From positions 110,672,001 to 110,736,000 of the forward strand of contig NC_058373.1 in NCBI RefSeq assembly GCF_018350175.1: a stretch of DNA of 64,000 nucleotides, written 5' to 3'. Positions 24,019-36,540 of this stretch are shown one piece after another (the stretch's first letter is position 1; every line of letters starts with the position of its first letter). The notes under the pieces are model-generated. The model was not told the origin of the DNA. It made no database searches and worked only from the letters and a program-made list of their open reading frames with translations. The stretch comes from Felis catus (taxonomy: Eukaryota). Made by a program: the position numbers and the translations under genes.

Positions 24019-24989
24019 AGTGACACATACATCTAGATATGGCCCTCACTCTGCTGTACTAGCATAATATCTAGAAGCCAAATTTTATTTGCCCATTTAT
24101 TTCACTCAACGCTCTGCTCACTGGGTGCCCGGTTCGGGTGGGGGCTGGAAACTGAGGAATTAAGATGTTCTTCCTAAGTTCAAGGAGCTCACGTTCCAGT
24201 GGGAGAGGCAGATAAATGTTTAGATAGTCATGACATGATGCACCAAGTGCTATTCTAAAGTTTGCAAGTAGCAGTGGTGACAGCAGCAGCCTCCAGTGAT
24301 GAGGGGGTGGCGTCAGCATTGGGTGCAGGAATGTGGCCTTGCCTGTGGTTGTGACTAATCGTCTGCCCTCCCTTTATTCTTGTCTGTTTTCTAAGCTTTC
24401 CTGATAATTCTACCCAGTATATTCCCAGTAAATTATCTGTCTACTTAAATCAACCAGACAGTGTTGATGGAGAGATAGGCCACTGGTCTCAGATTCTTAG
24501 GAAAACTTCCAGAATTTTTTTTTTTTTTTTTGCGTGTAAATGCAGGACAAAGCCTTACGTGGTATAAAATGTTGAAATACTTCCATGTCAGTTGGTAAGT
24601 AGACACTGGCTCTACCCCCATGGGACCCCAAACTCCCTGGTCCCTCCCTTCATTCCCTGTCCCCTATGATCTGTCATCTCAAGGGGTTACACCAGGCAGA
24701 GGTGCTCTGGTGGCATTCTTCCTGATTGACAGGTGCTTCTGGTGAAGCACCTGAATGTATGCAGTATACACATATAGGTGGATGTATGTAAGTATGTGGA
24801 AGGTGTATATTCATGACAAATTCATCCCAATGGGGTGAATCCTACTACACACACATACTACTACACATTCTGTATGGCTAATGTGAGATCTTTCCATATC
24901 AGCACTTGTAGCCTTTTCAAATGGCTCTTTGGCAATCAATTCCGTGGATTTAACCATAAATGATTTAATCAGTTTGGGGAGGTTTCAAA

Positions 24990-25120
24990 AAATAGGGATG
25001 CCCTGCCCCCATTTCTTAACACCAACTTCAAGATGAAGATTCAGGAAGTCTAGGAAAGGGTTGACTCTGTGAATTTTCCAAACTTTCCAGGTGGTTCTGA
25101 TTATCGGCCAGGTCTGGGAT
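24990..25120. mobile_element. MER5-like hAT MITE fragment
   Basis: gattcaggaagtctagg..ccaggtggttctgattatcggccaggtctggga. Confidence 0.5.
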
Positions 25121-25679
25121 TTTTTTGGCAGAAGCAATGCATCAGTTCACCCTACAAATATGGAAAGCCCACAAAAAGCCATGAAGCTTCATTTTTTTAA
25201 AGAAGGTCTACCTTCTCCTCTCTGGGGCACAAGATATAAAATAAACAATATAAAAACCTGTGTTTAAAGGCTTCCAATACTTCAGTTCATCATTGCCCTG
25301 GCTTGCTACCAGACTGTACATTTTCTCTGGTTAGCAATAACTAAAAGGAATGCCATTCTGGAAGCAAGATGAGGGGCAGAGACCTCTCAGTAAGTTCCAG
25401 ATATCGAGGCCAAGCTTTTGCTTCTTCCAAAGAACACTGCTGTCCCTCCTGTATTTAGAATAAATTCAACTTTGATTGTCCTCCAGGAACTGAGCAGTGG
25501 CCAAACATCAGTATTTCTTCAGATTTGGAAATGAATTTTGATTGTTTCTTCATAAGTCGGCATAATGCTTAGATAATCAACTGCAGTTCTTGGCAAAGAT
25601 TAAAATGTGAACTCAGTTCACCACTCCCAGACTATCTGGAAACCAGGAAAGTATATTTATGGGAAAAGAGGTTTATATA

Positions 25680-26730
25680 AATACTTTCTTCAGTGACCCA
25701 CATGATGGAGTTGAGAACAAATATCTTGCTTTTGGTGGATGATACCAAATTAGGTGGAGCTGGCAACATCCCAACACTGAGAACTAAACTCAATATGACC
25801 CTTTTAGATTGGCCTTGACAAAAAAAAAAAAATGATTCGCACCATAAATATAAGATGAGAAATGGCTCACAAGCACTATAGTAAAAAATAAAATGTTACA
25901 AAGTTTCAAAGTTAACAGCTGGGTCACAACTCCAAAATTAGTCAGCAATAGGGAAAATGTTGGGAAAACAAAAGAACATAATGCTGGAATGTTAATGTGG
26001 AGAAGATAAGCACAATTTCTGAATACTTTCCCACATATGGCCTTCGTAGGGCCTTAGCTGGAGAACACGCCTATCCAGTTAGGGCCTTCATAATTTGGGA
26101 AGACTATCTAAAAACAATTCAGTGGGCTCTGAGAACTGTGGGTGGCTGAGATGACCAGGGGTGGGGTGGAGAATCTCTAAGAGACATTTTAAGCTCAATG
26201 GAATTAGTGAACATATCAGAAAGAGAACTCAAAAACGGCCTAAAAACTATCTTCTAATATCCATGGTGTGATTATAAAGAGAGTGTTGAATATCTTTTTC
26301 TCTCTTCCACAGAGGGCACACCTGGAAATCAAGAGGTAAATCTTAATAATTCAGATTAAGCCAGGTCTAAGGATGAGTTTGCTTGAAGTAGATTAGTGGG
26401 CCGGTGTGTCGTAGCTGGAGAGCACAGAGCATGGACTCTGGAGCCAGACTGCCCGGGTTCACAGCCCGTTCCACCACTTACTCCCTGTGAGGCCTTGGGC
26501 AGGCCTTACTTTCCCTCAAGCTAACTCACTTTTCCATGTGAGTAGTGGGGAACCCAAGAGCGTCAGCCTTATAACATCATGGGAAGGATGGCATGAGATG
26601 ATTATGCAAAGCCCCAAGAAGTGTGTGGTTATTGGCTGATGACTACGGATAGGAAAACTTCTAGAACAGGCTCCTGGAAGTGATTCTTGAGTCTCTTCCT
26701 AGGCATTTGAAAGACTATCTCAAACTAATG
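25680..26730 (+). mobile_element. CR1/L3 LINE fossil (RT core to 3' end), split by MIR
   Basis: LVDDTKLGG at 25732-25758 (cf. CR1 FADDTKLGG); AFVGP*LENTPIQLGPS*FGK near 26040 (cf. ALVRPHLEYCVQFWAPQFKK); aacaggctcctggaagtgattcttgagtctc near 26666 (cf. WNRLPREVVESPS). Confidence 0.75.
26405..26625 (+). mobile_element. MIR
   Basis: agagcatggactctggagccagactgcccgggttc..ccaccacttact..gccttgggcag. Confidence 0.8.
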
Positions 26731-27039
26731 GTTAAATCTGTAGTGCTAATTCGAGTCAACTCTGTGAAGGACATGTGGTTTAGTCATAATTTCAAAATTG
26801 CCTCTTTCTATCACATTCTTATCTCACAAAATTATTAACCTTATATACCCAGCGGTGTCTGCCTTGCACACAATATACATAGTCAATCACATATTCAGTC
26901 AGGATTACAAGCCTGAATATGTTCGTGAGAACATTTGCTCCTTAATCTTTTGATATTGCAGAAACATTAGCAAATAGTCTTCATAACAAATCATAAAATA
27001 TGTTCCTCCCTGAATTTTGTCTCAATGAACCAGTTTAAT

Positions 27040-27400
27040 TCAATTTAATTAAATTCCATTCAGTTTAAGTAACCATTATTGAAGACCTGTGTTAGGCCCT
27101 TAGACTAGTAATGCTTGTCTCCTGCCTTTAGAGACTGCATAATCTACCAAGAAAAGGGTGAAAGATGGCACATTTCAGGTGCCAACTGCTATGTAGAAGC
27201 ATAGAGGCTGACTGATGACTTTTGCCTGGGAATCACCAAAGGCTCACAGAAGCCCAGACATTGAACTGAACTTCGAAGAAAGTGGGGAGGTGAGAGCATT
27301 TCTTGAGGTGAAGCTGAGAGGAGATCTAGGAGTGACAGCTTCTGTCAGGTCCAGGAACCACACTTGGCACGCAGAGTGAGGAACATGGCGGCATGAGGGA
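27040..27400 (-). mobile_element. L2 fragment
   Basis: ttattgaagacctgtgttaggcc..gtctcctgccttta. Confidence 0.55.
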
Positions 27401-27689
27401 GAGGAGGCATGGTGAGGGGACAGGAGCTGTTGCTCCAGGGGCTGATAGCACTGAGCGACACTTCCTGGCTCTGCTGGCACCCTACCCTGCCTCGGGGTCC
27501 ATCAGTGGCCAATCGTGGGAATGGACGGGGTGGCCTCTCCCAGTTCCTCTCCTGCCCTCTGTGTTGGGAAGAAATTCATGTAACTTGTAGGGACTCCATA
27601 TCCTGAATAGAGAAAAAAAAGTCCACATTTCAACATTGTGGTCTCAGGGAAGTAATGCCCCTCTTTATATATAAGGAAGAGTTGAACAA

Positions 27690-28010
27690 ACATTGGATTT
27701 AGAGTCAGGTTCTAGGCTTGGGTTCAAATCCCAGCTCTGGGGACATCAGGTTGGCTCAGTCAGAAGAAGACGCAGTTATTGATCTTAGGGTTGTGAATTT
27801 GAGCCCCATATTGGGTGTAGAGATTACTTAAAAATAAAATCTTAAAAAAAAAAAAATCCCAGCTCTGTCATGTAACTGTCTATTCTGGGTAGCTGTTCAT
27901 TGGCACTCAAGTTTTTCTGGACAAGGGCTTAATACGTTCAGCTCAGAGGACCCTGATAAGGATGAGATGAGAGAGTGCATATGAAAGCAGCCAGCTTAAA
28001 GTAGATGTTC
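27690..28010 (+). mobile_element. MIR with an inserted short CAN-SINE (27739-27856)
   Basis: tggatttagagtcagg..gggttcaaatcccagctctg; SINE flanked by TSD aaatcccagctctg. Confidence 0.75.
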
Positions 28011-28359
28011 CATTGACATTTGAGTGGTTTTTTGATATTGTTACTGTTTTTATTTTGCCTAAGTAATGTTGGCATAGAGCTATGACATTTCCAAATGATC
28101 ATGAACATGAAGCAGTATTAGGGGCAACAAGAACTCTGAGGCTAAGGGTTTAAGCTGCACCTCCTCCACTGAAAACTCAGAGTGAGAATCATATGTGTGT
28201 GTGTGTGTGTTTATCTATCATCTATCTATCTATCATCTATTTTTAACCATTCTTACATATTTGGACCAAATCATTTTCAAAACAGTAAATAGTAAATGCC
28301 AGAGTAAGACATTTTATCTGTGATAAATGGAGTAGAAGGAACTTTTTCCTCCAACTCTG

Positions 28360-28584
28360 TTTCTTTTTTTAAGTTTATTTTTGTGTGTGTGTGTGAGAGA
28401 GATAGAGTGCGAATGGAGGAGGGGCCGAGAGAGAGAGAGAGAGAAGGAGACACAGAATCTGAAGCAGGCTCCAGGCTCTGAGCTGTCAGCACAGAGCCCG
28501 ATGCGGGGCTCAAGCTCACAGACCATGAGATCACGACCTGAGCCAAAGTCGAAAGCTCAATGGACTGAGCCACCTGGGTGCCCC
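28360..28584 (-). mobile_element. CAN-SINE
   Basis: TSD tcctccaactctgtttct. Confidence 0.92.
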
Positions 28585-28796
28585 TCCTCCAACTCTGTTT
28601 CTAAGGATTCTGGTAATATCTGCCCAAATCACAGAAGTATGTTAGAAGAAAGCACTCATTCAGTTTATTTCTATGTTTCAAATTGGTGCAAGTATAGAAC
28701 ACTCTATGGTAATGTGGGAAAATTTAAGAAACCCCACCCACGCCCTGGATGTTTTTGTGAAACTTTCCATAATAAGAACAATAAGGAGAAATAGTA

Positions 28797-28978
28797 GGGG
28801 CCCCCGGGTGTCTCAGTTGATTAAGCATCTGACTTTGGCTCAGGTCATGATCTTGTGGTTCATGAGTTCAAGCCCTGCGTTGGGCTCTGCACTGACAGTG
28901 CAGAGTCTACTTGGGATTTTCTCTCTCCTCCTCTCTGTGTCCCTCCCCCACTTGCACTCTCTATTTCTCTCAAAATAA

Positions 28979-29017
<39 letters not shown>

Positions 29018-29030
29018 ATATAAAAAAGAA
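28797..29030 (+). mobile_element. CAN-SINE with (TAAA)n tail
   Basis: Head and tail. Confidence 0.88.
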
Positions 29031-29946
29031 AAGAGAGCAAGGTGGGTGGTGGTGGAGAACACAGATGTCCTTGCAGATCTGGGCTTAGAGTAGGTTAGGG
29101 GACCTCTTTTAATCTCCCTTCAGACATTGGGGTTGTTTTCTCACTGATGTTTTCCTAAATAATAAGAAGGCAGTTCTGTTATAAATCAGTCCTTCTTGGG
29201 GTTACAAGGAGGGCAGCCGTGGTGCCACTGACCAAGTCAGTCCCCACCCAGCAGGCTCAGGATCCTGAGGAGACAAAGCTGCATACATGTTCCTGAGCAC
29301 CAGCTTGTCTCTGGACATGGCCAATGGCCCCAGCATCATTAACAGGAAGTCTTTATTTTCAGGGCTGGGCAGGAGAGAGGCAGCTGGACAAGGAGTGTTC
29401 AGTGCTTTGCTATGGTACAAGGTCAAGGCCTTTTTCAAATCAAATGACAAATGACAGATCGTCCTTTGTCCATCCATTGCTGAGTGACACCCGAGGCCCC
29501 AGGAGGAATAGTTGGTGCCCGTCATGAGACGCCAGGCCCTCATCACATGCTTGTGTCAGACTCTAAACTAAGAGGCGATGAGCCGGCCTTGCGGTCCTGC
29601 TCCTGATGTCTGGCCAATGTCTCTGCTTTCACCCTGTTCTCTTCTTTGGTATCTGGTTTCACAGATGCCAAATACAAACCTCATTGATTCAGCATTTGGG
29701 ATCACTGGACCTGAACAAACTGAAGTTTTCCCTTGCAACACCTTTAGTGAAGGATTTGATTAAGCAAGCAACATAAAAAGTTGCTAGAGGAAAGGGAGAT
29801 TTAACCCACTTACAATAATAAATGTATTAAAAACAACTTTAAGTAGGGTTGATATGTTAGCCTTTGGTGGTAGATAGGTTTTCTATTTTGGCCCTTTTCC
29901 ATTTGGTTGGCATGATGTTATGTCTGAGTTTATTTAAAACAGTGCT

Positions 29947-30151
29947 GGAGTGCCTGGGTGGCTCAGTTGGTTGAGCCACCAACTTCGGCTTGGGTCATGA
30001 TCTCATGGTTTGTGAGTTCGAGCCCCGCATTGGGCTCTGTGCTGACAGCTCAGAGCCTGGAGCCTGCTTCCAATTCTGTGTCTCCCTCTCTCTCTCTGCC
30101 CCTCCCCCACTTATGCTCTGTCTCTGTCTCAGAAATAAATAAACATTAAAA

Positions 30152-30190
<39 letters not shown>

Positions 30191-30200
30191 AATAATAAAA
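29947..30200 (+). mobile_element. CAN-SINE with (TAAA)n tail
   Basis: TSD taaaacagtgctg. Confidence 0.92.
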
Positions 30201-30621
30201 CAGTGCTGCGGTTGATTAGCAATGTCTGCTCTGGGCTCATGAAGGATATCAGAAGTGGTAGGAAATAGGCCGGGTATTTGCTTCCTTGGTAGCATTCAAG
30301 CCTCTTTTAGAAACAGCTGTGTGAAGAAAACAAATAAAATTAAAGCAAATGACATTAATTAAGCATTTGTTATGTTTTAGACCTATGCTAGCTATCATAA
30401 TTATTTTTTTCATTTGATTCTCATTGTACTCTGAAAATTAGTAATGATTATTTCAATCTTACAAATGGGTAAGTTGAGTTCTATAGTTGACAAAAGTCAC
30501 ATAGCCAGTTAGTGGAGCCACATTACAGATGAAGGTTTGTTTGACTCCAAAGTCTATGCTCTTTCAGTTCAGTTAAAATAAAAAGGACCTCTAGTTAACA
30601 ATACGTTAAGAGACTCAGTAC

Positions 30622-30743
30622 AGGGTGCCTGAGTGGCTCAGTAGGTTAAGCTGACTCAGTTTCAGCTCAGGTCATGATCTTGTGGCTTAATGGGTTCAGG
30701 CCCCACATTGGGCTCTGCACTGACAGTGTGGAGTCTGCTTGGG

Positions 30744-30791
<48 letters not shown>

Positions 30792-30858
30792 TCTCTCTAC
30801 CCTCCCCCACATGCACTGTCTCTGTCTCTCTCAAAAATAAATAAACTTAAAAAAAAAG
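30622..30858 (+). mobile_element. CAN-SINE
   Basis: TSD agactcagtaca. Confidence 0.9.
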
Positions 30859-30921
30859 ACTCAGTACATTATAAGGTTTCAGTATTTATGGCAACACTTT
30901 CAATTTAAAAAGTTTAAGTGG

Positions 30922-31029
30922 AGGGAGCACCTGGCTGGCTCAGTTGGAGGAGCATGTGACTCTGGATCTTGGGGTTGTGAGTTTGAGCCCCGTGTTGGGG
31001 GTAGAGCTTACTTAAAAAAAAAGAGAGAA

Positions 31030-31068
<39 letters not shown>

Positions 31069-31069
31069 A
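30922..31069 (+). mobile_element. Short CAN-SINE
   Basis: TSD tttaagtggag. Confidence 0.85.
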
Positions 31070-31995
31070 TTTAAGTGGAGGTAAAATGGAACAATAAAAA
31101 AATACTAAATGAATTCAAAAGAAGACAGGGAAAGAGTAAAAAGAAACAAAGAAAAGATGTGACAAATGGAAAACAACTAGCAAGAAGGTAGATTGAGATC
31201 CAACATACCCATAACTACATTAAATATAAATAGCCTAAACCACCCCTAATAAAAGGGAGAGATTATCAGGTTGAATAAAAAAGGCTAGACCCAACTAGAT
31301 GCTGCCTATAAGAAACACACTTGAAATATAAAGACACAAATAAATTAAAAGTAGAAAGATGGAGAAGGATAAATCATGCTAACAGTAAATCACAAGAATG
31401 CTGGAGTGGACTTTAAATACAAGGAGTATTACTGGCAATAAAGAAGTCCATTATATAATGATAAAAGCATAATTTTACCAAGAAGACATAACAATCCTAA
31501 ATATAAATGTACCTAATAACAGAGCTTCAAAATATCTGAGATAAAAAAATGATAGAAATGGAAGAAGAAATGGAGAAATTCATAATTATAGTTGAAGATT
31601 TCAACACTTTTCCCTCAGGAAGATGGAGTGAGTAGACAAAGCAGATGGTAGAATAGTAAGTTTAGAGAACACTTGAACAGCACTAGTAACCAACTTGACC
31701 TAACTGACATTTATAGGACATTCCACCTGACAGTAAATACTCATTCTTTTCAAGTGCACACGAAGTGTGCCCCACTAAAAATCTGGACCATAAAACAAAC
31801 CTTAGCAAATTTAAGAGAATTGAAATCAAAGTATGCTTTCTAACCACAATGGAATCATAAACTAGAAGTCAATAAACTAGAAGGGATATCTGGAAAATCC
31901 CTTAATATTTAGAAATGAAACAAGACACTTAAATATCCAATGGGTCAAAGAAGAGATCACAAGGGAAATTAGAAAATATTTTGAGTTGAATGAAA
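31070..31995 (+). mobile_element. Old L1 fragment (ORF2 endonuclease region)
   Basis: agacccaactagatgctgcctataagaaacacac, gtacctaataacagagcttcaaaat, ttcttttcaagtgcacac. Confidence 0.85.
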
Positions 31996-32569
31996 TAGTC
32001 TAAAGTGCTGACATTTTACAAAGTCCACCTGGTCTGAATTAGTGTGATGTGCCTCCAGGTTTTAAGGCGATGTGCCACTGGGACAATTTTATTAAAATAC
32101 AGGAGCAAGGACACTGCAGTCTCATCAGTCCCTAAAATGAAAAGCAGATGGGTAATGTCTATAGAAGGCCCTCCCCTCCTGCTCCCCGTCTTCCTGTATT
32201 CCTGGTTCTGCCCTGGTTGCAGATCCCAGGTGAACACATCCCCAACGGAATTTGACTCCAGACACCATACTAGTGTTGTTTCCTTCTGGGGGAGCATCTT
32301 GCCTATGATAAGATCACTGTGCAGTGAACCAAGGGGCAGGAGGCCCTCTCCTCAATAAGGAGTCAGCTGTCTTAGTGGCTCTGGGTTTAAATGCCTTTAA
32401 ATAACAGCACCAAGCATGTGTCCTGCCTCTTGCAACCTTCCGGAGAGAACCAGAGGCCTGTGTGAAATTCATATCTTCATCATAGGAACTGACGCACGGG
32501 ACTTAGACAACAAGCAAAATCAACTGAGGTGTGGGGATATGTAGATTCCATGCCACTAACTGTAATCGT

Positions 32570-32940
32570 AACACATAGGTACTGCTTACTCCGTCATTGT
32601 CGCTTTGAACCTTAGGCAACCCCATGAAATAGGTCCATTCTGCAGAGGAGAGACTAAGGCCAGTAAGTGGCAGAGCTGGAAGATGGAATCCAGGCTGTTT
32701 GCTCTAGTAGCTGAGGGCTCTAAGAGGCTTCATACTAACGTACACAGTCTCAATGCCCACAAGGAGCCTTGACAGAAGCCTTATCATCAAATGGGGAAAA
32801 GGATGCTGGGGGCGTGTCAGTACCCGTACAGAGGAACCAACAGAGACCCAGAGAGGTCAAATGACTTACCCATGGTTGTTAGGCTATTGATGGCAGATCT
32901 CAAGCTAGGACTCAGCCCTTCTAATCCCCAGACCAGTGCC
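32570..32940 (-). mobile_element. MIR fragments
   Basis: caaccccatgaaatagg..gagactaaggc; cagagaggtcaaatgacttacccatgg. Confidence 0.6.
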
Positions 32941-33189
32941 CTTTGTTCTACACAGGCCGTCTCCCTCACCAGGGTGCCCCAGGAGGATCATTCATTGTTC
33001 TTCTATCCTGGTGTATATACTTTCCAAAGCAGCAGTGCGACCAGCTGTAGATGAAGATGTGGATATAATGAACAGAGCAGAGGTAATATTAGTGGGCACT
33101 CTTCTGAGAGCTGCTTGCTGTGGGAGAAGGGGAAAGGACTGGGAATTACTGGGTTATGTGGACCCATATAATACGGATCTGGTCAGGAG

Positions 33190-33350
33190 GCTCAGGTCAC
33201 ACATGAGCTCTCTGAGCCTCTATTTCCTTGTCTACAAAATTGGGGTTAATAGTGCTAACAACCTCATGGAGTCACTGTGAATATCAAATGTTAGAGCTAA
33301 TGCACATAAGGCACTCAATCCAGTGCGTGGCGCATAGAAAGTGCCAAGGC
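33190..33350 (+). mobile_element. MIR
   Basis: ctctctgagcctctatttccttgtctacaaaattgggg. Confidence 0.65.
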
Positions 33351-33715
33351 GACTTTGGCACACATTTTCCAAGTGTTGCTTCTTCAGTCTGCCTAGGAAT
33401 TGCTTGAGTGTACCCTCCTATAACTATAACCTCTGGATGGAAAAAAAAAAGTTGTTTTTCTCTTCCTTTCTTACCATCTTGAGAGTGATGGTTTCTACGT
33501 GTGAGTCTTCCTCAGGTGCTCACCTACCTGCCTGGGGCTTTGAGACATTTGCCTGTCAAGTCCTGTCCTAACAGTCCAACTCAGAGCCTCTCTTTTCTTT
33601 GAACACACACCACCCAGCTTTTAGGAAGTTCCTCCCTGGATCTAGAGAGGGTGTGTCTAGCAATGCATTCTTTCCAAAGCCCAGAAATGGGAGGATTCTA
33701 TGAGAATGCTTTGTA

Positions 33716-33717
<2 letters not shown>

Positions 33718-33777
<60 letters not shown>
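33718..33777. repeat. (AT)30 microsatellite
   Basis: Uninterrupted alternating AT. Confidence 0.95.
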
Positions 33778-33780
<3 letters not shown>

Positions 33781-34118
33781 ACAGGGGAGGATGAGAGTGC
33801 CTGAAAAAAAGGGCCTGTTATTTCACTTCTGAGTTTCGTACATTCCGCTTCTTCTGGAGAGGGTTAGGGCTCCACTTGACATTTTGAGAGATAGCATCTC
33901 TACAGTTTGCTCTGAGATATGTAGGGAATTATCTTCAAGGTCTGGACCCCTTCCATTGGAAGAATCCAAAGCTGCCCATTGGGCGGATTGAAATGCTAGA
34001 ATCTCTTCTGCTGGCACCAAAATGCCCAGAAATGAGCTCTTGATAGTAGGTAGTAAGAGTCCTAAATACGTTTTTTTTCTCTGCTCTGATTCTTTTTATT
34101 TTTCCGAATGAAGATACC

Positions 34119-34343
34119 TTTTTTATTTTTTATTTTTAAATGTTTGTTTATTTTTGAGACAGACAGAGACAGAATGCGAGTGGGTTAGGGGCAGAGAGAG
34201 AGAGGGAGACACAGAATCCGAAGCAGGCTCCAGGCTCCGAGCTGTCAGCACAGAGCCCGACGCGGGGCTTGAACTCACGAGCTGTGAGATCATGACCTGA
34301 GCTGAAGTCGGATGCTCAACCGACTGAGCCACCCAGGCACCCC
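34119..34343 (-). mobile_element. CAN-SINE
   Basis: Reverse head and tail. Confidence 0.92.
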
Positions 34344-34627
34344 AAGGTAGATTTCTTAAAAATTGACTTTACTTGGAGATGTGGTTTGGCTATCTCAAAG
34401 TGGTAAAATTATAGATGATTTTGTTCTTTTTCACTACCATTAGAAAGAATTACTTAAGTAATTTGTCCTAAGGAAGTAACTACTTATTCTGACAAAGATA
34501 TTTTCACAGCATTATTTATGGAGAAAACTACAAACAACCTACATGTTCACCAATAGGGAATTACTAAACAGAAGTACAATTCCCCTATATAATAATATAT
34601 AATACATCCACAAAGAGTGACGTTTAT

Positions 34628-34855
34628 TTTATTTTTATTTATTTATTTTTTTCAACGTTTATTTATTTTTGGGACAGAGAGAGACAGAGCATGAACGGGG
34701 GAGGGGCAGAGAGAGAGGGAGACACAGAATTGGAAACAGGCTCCAGGCCCTGAGCCATCAGCCCAGAGCCTGACGCGGGGCTCAAACTCACGGACCGCGA
34801 GATCGTGACCTGGCTGAAGTCGGACGCTTAACCGACTGCGCCACCCAGGCGCCCC
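34628..34855 (-). mobile_element. Very young felid CAN-SINE
   Basis: Perfect 15-bp TSD aagagtgacgtttat (34613-34627 and 34856-34870); CpGs intact; gacctggctgaag and ctgcgccacc variant. Confidence 0.95.
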
Positions 34856-35104
34856 AAGAGTGACGTTTATAAAGAATCTTTAATATCATGGGTAACACTC
34901 ATGATAGAATGTGAAATTAAAAAAAAAAGTCTATGTAAACAAGGCAAAAACAAAACCCAAAAGCAGTATATGTAATGACACAATCAAATGGCTACAAGTG
35001 TTCATGAGCGTGTGGAGGGAGTGGAACGATCATATCCTACCGGTGGGACTATAAAACAGTACAAATACTTTGAAGAACGCTTTGACTTTTTAAAATGTAT
35101 ACAT

Positions 35105-35311
35105 TTTAAAGTAAAGTTTTATTCATTTATTTTGAGAGAGAAAGCAGGCAGGGGAGGGGCAGAGAGGGAGGGAGAGAGGAAGAATCCCAAGCCAGCTCCG
35201 TGCCGTTAGAGCAGAGCCCGACATGGGGCTCCATCCCACGAGCTGTGAGATCATGACCTGAGCCCAAATCAAGAGTCAGATGCCTAACTGACTGAGCCAC
35301 CTGGGCGCCCC
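35105..35311 (-). mobile_element. CAN-SINE
   Basis: Reverse head and tail; taaaatgtata flanks. Confidence 0.88.
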
Positions 35312-35349
35312 TAAAATGTATAAATTGAATATATAAACTTAAATGATTA

Positions 35350-35860
35350 TTTAAAATAAGACCTTATGATCCAGCAACTTTACTCCTAGATATTTACTCG
35401 AGAGAAATGAAGACATATGTCCACACGAAGACCTGTACATAGAAGCTTTATTCGTAGTAGCCCCAAACTGAAAACAATCCAAACATCTATCAACAGGTGA
35501 ATGTTGATAAACTGTGGTGTATCCGTACAATGGAATAAACAGTGCTACTTAATCAAGAGGAATGAATACTTAGACCTGCAAAAATGTGGATGAACCTCAA
35601 AAACACTATGCTGAGTGAAAGAAGGCAACACAAAAGAATACATACCGTATGATTTCATTTATATGAACACTAGAAAAACAAATCTATGATGACAGATAGC
35701 TGATGGGTGGTTTCCTGGAGCTGGGGATTGAGGGAACTGACTGGGAAAGGGCCCAGAGAACTTTTTGGGGTAGAGGAAATATTTTGTATCTTGATTGTGG
35801 TAGGGGTTCTAGAAGTGCATGAAGAAATATTCATTGCCAGTATTTACAATATGATTAAAT
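35350..35860 (+). mobile_element. Old L1 3' UTR (L1MB/ME-like)
   Basis: gatccagcaactttactcctagatatttactcgagagaaatgaagacatatgtccacac..tggatgaacctcaaaaacactatgctgagtgaaagaag. Confidence 0.8.
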
Positions 35861-35865
35861 AAAAG

Positions 35866-35867
<2 letters not shown>

Positions 35868-35902
<35 letters not shown>
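35868..35902. repeat. (TG)n microsatellite
   Basis: Perfect TG run. Confidence 0.9.
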
Positions 35903-35905
<3 letters not shown>

Positions 35906-35961
35906 ACAGATGTATACCAGATATAACATCATAGGATCTCAACTTTTAAAATAAAAAGGGG

Positions 35962-36200
35962 TGGGGAGCACCTGGGTGGCTCAGTCGGTTAAGAATCCAA
36001 CTCTTGATTTCGGCTGAGGTCGTGATCTCATGATCGAGATTATGAGATCTCATGGGATCGAGCCCCATGTCAGCTCTGCACTGGCAGCAAGAAGCCTGCT
36101 TGGGATTCTGTTTCTCTCTGCCCCTCCCCCGCTCGCACCAACACTTTCTCTATCTCTCTCAAAATGGATAAACTTAAAAAATAAATCAATAAAGATAAAA
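35962..36200 (+). mobile_element. CAN-SINE
   Basis: Head and tail; internal quasi-palindromic expansion. Confidence 0.87.
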
Positions 36201-36305
36201 GTAGAAAGGAGGGCAGAGAGAATACTGGAAGCATATTTACAGCAAGGTAGTGGTGGCTAACTCTGATTTGTGCAATTATAAGAGATTAAAAGATTATTTA
36301 AAACA

Positions 36306-36506
36306 ATTTTTAGTGTTTATTTATTTTTGAGAAAGAGCACAAGTGGGGGAGGAGTAGAGACAGAGAGGGAGACACAGAATCTGAAACAGGCTCCAGGCTC
36401 TGAGCTGTCAGCACAGAGCCCAGTGCAGGGTTCAAACTCGGGAACAGTGAGATCATGACCTGAGCCGATGTCGGACATTTAACTGACTGAGCCACCCAGG
36501 TGCCCC
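36306..36506 (-). mobile_element. CAN-SINE
   Basis: Reverse head; taaa(a/g)gattattt flanks. Confidence 0.88.
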
Positions 36507-36540
36507 TAAAGGATTATTTTAACCAAAAAGATTATTTAAC

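Noticed and set aside
26889..26922. 10-bp stem acatattcag/ctgaatatgt with a 14-nt loop
   Set aside because: AT-rich and plausible by chance in 64 kb
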